DNA of 64,000 nt, from contig NC_027216.1 in the NCBI RefSeq assembly GCF_000981445.1, positions 930,001-994,000 on the forward strand, given 5' to 3'. Source of the DNA: Babesia bigemina. Taxonomy: Eukaryota. Shown in pieces: positions 60,561 through 64,000 of the stretch. The translations under genes and the position numbers were made by a program. How positions within the stretch are numbered: the stretch's first letter is position 1; each line of letters begins with the position of its first letter. Below the pieces are notes generated by a model that saw nothing but the letters and a program-made list of their open reading frames with translations, did not search any database and was not told where the DNA came from.

Positions 60561-62903
60561 ATGTCGAGATTTAGGAAATACGGCGCATTCAGCACATCAC
60601 TGCTGATAGTAATTGCTACGATGATAGGGTCGTATTTGGCAGACGGGACACCGACGGGAGGAGGGTGCACAAGGGGTGGTCCTAAAGCATCCGGCTCCGG
60701 TCCTAGTTGCCTTAAGTCTTCTCCCACGAATGGTAAATACACAAAGGCAGATACAAAACGCTATTTGAATGATATGAAAAATATGGCCATTTCATTTGGA
60801 CATATTTACGGATACGAACAAAGGGCTTCGGACGATTTAATTCTGCTTGACTATGTTGGTGTGCCCTATCCTATAAAGGATTATACTAAACACAATAGTG
60901 CTCTAGATGAAGAAATTAGTAAAGCTAAATCGGTAGATACGTATATGTACAGGATTATGCAAAATACTCAGTGGGCGTGCTTGTCTGAGTATAATACGCC
61001 GCCAACTAAGAAATTCGATCCGAAAAAGTCTGCTACTACGAAAGATATCTCAAGAGCCAATAATGCAGTTAAGGAACTCATTGATGAGCTTTCGCGCAAC
61101 GTCATTACAGAACGGCATGTGGTCCTGAAGATTCAAATGTATATGACAATGGGTTATGAGCACTTACATTCAACGAACACAAAAAAACTCTTAAGTGCGT
61201 TAACCAACATGTACGACTACGGCATGTCTCATAAGGGCCGTTGTACGGAAAAGCAAGTACGAGAAAAGCTGGATGAAGATCTATCAACCATTGAGGAATC
61301 CTTATCATGGAGTAATATCCAACTAAATGCATTGTCCGATTTGGCAAGCAGTCTCTGTAAACATCACAGGTCAGGAAATTATGGAGTGTTTTGCGACCCT
61401 AGCTTTAATCACTTCGAGGAATTTCGATCTGGAATTTTGAGTTGGTACAGGATGTACAGCTCTATTAACTCACGCAAGATGCTGTTAGAAAATGCATTAA
61501 ATGTTGTAAAGCCGCTGCTGAATTGGTTGAGTGTTGCAAGTATGCATTCAAAAACGTCTAAGCTATATTTAAAATTCGGTGAAATGTTCAGCGCTGTAAT
61601 ACCGCAGTTTATATGGAGCGGTAAAGAGAAACGGAGATTTGAGTCACAGATGCGCGAATTGAATTACGCATTTGCTCACTTGACCACAAAATGTGATGAA
61701 AGTTATCACGCGCTAAGTGTCGATACTATATTAAAGCTGCAGAGGGAGTATTTTGTCGCCATTACGTTCAACGACGAACCTAGCCTTCATTTACTGATGA
61801 TACATTACTACGCTGCACTGAAGTCGTTCGAAGAATACTCGCGTAGCATTACCATTTTAAAACACACATATGGCAGGCAAATACGAAAGTTCCCCCGCGT
61901 ACCCGACGCCAAAGAAGAATTGCGAGGCCTGAAGGCGGATATTGTGTACGAGCGCATAATGACATTGGATTGCAACCTTTCCGCAAAAATGCGTGAAATA
62001 ATAGATATAAAACAAGATTCGACGGATCGTAAAGCTACATCAATCGACGGTAAGCAGGCATACAGTTGCAATCAAGAGAGATTGGAAACCAGGTTGAACG
62101 GCTTGCGTTCATCATACATTGCAATGACAACTATGATGATCGATTATCTCGAGTTACTATGGCCCGTTGCATCGGAGGCCGCTGATGCGGATTATTCGAC
62201 CGTAGTTCAAAGCATATTGTACGATGTTACGTATTCGGCTTTCCGCGCCTTACAATTGGCGGAAGAAAACAGTACGACATTCTCCGATATGGAGAGAATA
62301 GTGTCGTCGGCTTTCGATAGTGTGGGAGTCATACCTATGGTGTCATCCACCACTAGCGACAGTGCCTGTTACCGTGAGCTGGATAGTAAACACGGTAACA
62401 TCCTAAGTCGTAGAGCCGACCTTCAAGAGATTCTTAGTAGTTTGTATATCGAAACAGATGACGAAAAGACACTAGGATCATTGTTCCAAACTTTGAGAAA
62501 TGCTATCGGCGCTGACGATCACTGGAAAACAAACAACGCCTTCAAGCTATTCTTGGATAATAGAGAACTGGTACAACGAGTGTTGCAATTGGATATCGCA
62601 ATGCCGCGTATACAACAACTCATTGAAGAGTTTGTAGATGTTGTCAACGCCTCCATGCCGAGGCTCTTCGAGATTGCAGCAGGTGTTGACAGCTGCAAAA
62701 CGACTTATGAGTTGGAGCCTACCAGGACTGCCGACAATCACTCAACTTCTTCCAACTCCGAAGATATTGTTGAACACCTTTTGGTAAGTCTTGACTCCGA
62801 AAGTGTTACACTTGGAACTGGGTCACATGTTGAAGAAGGCGGTATCCAAAAAAAGGGATTTTGTAAGTCTTTTGGTAAGCTATTTCGCCGTAAAAAAACG
62901 TAA
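60561..62903 (+). CDS. Large lineage-specific secreted/exported hypothetical protein
   Basis: 780-aa intronless ORF, N-terminal hydrophobic segment (LLIVIATMIGSYLA), helical character, AT-rich codons. Confidence 0.75.
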   Translation: MSRFRKYGAFSTSLLIVIATMIGSYLADGTPTGGGCTRGGPKASGSGPSCLKSSPTNGKYTKADTKRYLNDMKNMAISFGHIYGYEQRASDDLILLDYVGVPYPIKDYTKHNSALDEEISKAKSVDTYMYRIMQNTQWACLSEYNTPPTKKFDPKKSATTKDISRANNAVKELIDELSRNVITERHVVLKIQMYMTMGYEHLHSTNTKKLLSALTNMYDYGMSHKGRCTEKQVREKLDEDLSTIEESLSWSNIQLNALSDLASSLCKHHRSGNYGVFCDPSFNHFEEFRSGILSWYRMYSSINSRKMLLENALNVVKPLLNWLSVASMHSKTSKLYLKFGEMFSAVIPQFIWSGKEKRRFESQMRELNYAFAHLTTKCDESYHALSVDTILKLQREYFVAITFNDEPSLHLLMIHYYAALKSFEEYSRSITILKHTYGRQIRKFPRVPDAKEELRGLKADIVYERIMTLDCNLSAKMREIIDIKQDSTDRKATSIDGKQAYSCNQERLETRLNGLRSSYIAMTTMMIDYLELLWPVASEAADADYSTVVQSILYDVTYSAFRALQLAEENSTTFSDMERIVSSAFDSVGVIPMVSSTTSDSACYRELDSKHGNILSRRADLQEILSSLYIETDDEKTLGSLFQTLRNAIGADDHWKTNNAFKLFLDNRELVQRVLQLDIAMPRIQQLIEEFVDVVNASMPRLFEIAAGVDSCKTTYELEPTRTADNHSTSSNSEDIVEHLLVSLDSESVTLGTGSHVEEGGIQKKGFCKSFGKLFRRKKT

Positions 62904-63402
62904 ACGAGTTCGTGCTTTATTCGTAATTCAATCAACTAATGAAATCCATCCGTGGCCACAGGAACTACATCTGGACTATCTGCTACCATGGGAGTTAAAT
63001 TCAGAATATGGATGCTAAAGCCATCCTGAAGCGGCAACAACCATAAAACGCTCTGTATTACCGGCTATAGCTTTTGTTCTTCATCACTACGATACCGCTG
63101 GTTGTATTTTTAGCGTTCAAAACCTTACTCATGAAGGTAAAAGCTGCGGCTATTGTGCCTGTCATCAACAGTGTGCTGACTACGTAGCCAGGTCCGATGT
63201 TCGGCTTTTCGAAACTATAGACTAACCGTGCTGTTGGTTGCAGGTTCCACGTCTAGTCATTGACTTCATCCGTGCTACCACCCAGCTGGGTTGAGAGTAT
63301 CATTCATGGTCTCGCGATGACTTATGTCCCTGTCCACCAACTCACACATTAGACAAGGTATCAATTGGCAACATGCCGACTAGACGATCTCTTTTACCTT
63401 AG

Positions 63403-63882
63403 ACTACCTCACCGAATCATCATACCGTACAAACTACTAAGCAATTAACTGAGCACTTCGTGGAAGTTCACGTCGAGACCACGGACCCCTGCCTACAAGG
63501 CTGCGGTGTTAAGTCCTCATCGTATGAGTTGTTCAAGCCTGACAAACCCAAAATCTACGATGATAACGGAGAAGACAGCGGCCGCAAAATTGATATTCAG
63601 GCTGCCAATGAAGCAGCGTTCTACTGCCCCCCTCCGTACGTACTTGACCCACCCAACTGCTTTCACCAAGTGTTAGTGGAGGGTGAAGCAAAGAGCGTAA
63701 TCGATATAAGCAAGTCGCTGATTGAATCAGCATCCAACCACTTCGTCATCTTGAAGTTCGACAGAGAACTCGTAGGACCTGGCGAAACGCTGCGCCAGAC
63801 CCAGCCGTTGGAGTGTCGCTGCGTCACCATCAAGGGCATCGTCCTGTCTACCATCCACATCGAGCATTACTACGCCAAGTAA
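63403..63882 (+). pseudogene. C-terminal fragment of a Babesia expanded Cys-domain (6-Cys-like) family gene
   Basis: VEVHVETTDP.LQGCG, AAFYCPPPYVLDPPNCF and LECRCVTIKGIVLSTI.IE.YY are recalled from a Babesia multigene family. In-frame TAG at 63400, no ATG or signal peptide. Confidence 0.5.
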
Positions 63883-64000
63883 TGAGTAGCTCAGATGTAG
63901 TAAATCTTTTTGTCAATGACAGAGTTTAATTGTCATAGTTCATGTTGGTCGTTATGTTGGTTTGTGTCTCCAGTAGCAGCATGACTTTCGGTTAGAATGT

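Overview
Compact, intron-containing eukaryotic DNA from a piroplasmid apicomplexan. Babesia sensu stricto is inferred from an apicomplexan profilin, Rab11B, ROM4, many ~35-40 nt GT-AG introns and VESA1-like genes. Positions 1-51.8 kb are a dense core block: a Gemin2-like gene, NOP58, a SulP transporter, CNNM, profilin, NOP2, Rab11B, proteasome beta1, ROM4, UFD1, an ATPTG9-like gene, MCM2, a 5'-3' exonuclease, a SEL1L/HRD3-like gene, tRNA-Arg(TCT), SF3B6, a CCDC43-like gene, MPC1, U1-70K, cytochrome b5 reductase and several hypotheticals. From ~52.3 kb there is a visibly more AT-rich accessory island. Its centre is a 5,878-bp quasi-palindrome (53815-59692) with two 2,667-bp inverted arms around a 544-bp unique spacer. 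Each arm carries a short VESA1-like gene, arranged head-to-head. By eye the arms differ almost only inside the coding sequences (3 SNPs near the start and one 52-bp patch), which suggests segmental gene conversion. The element has CAC...GTG termini flanked by a 3-bp direct repeat (TGC). Exon boundaries were read by eye and family calls come from recalled motifs, not database searches.
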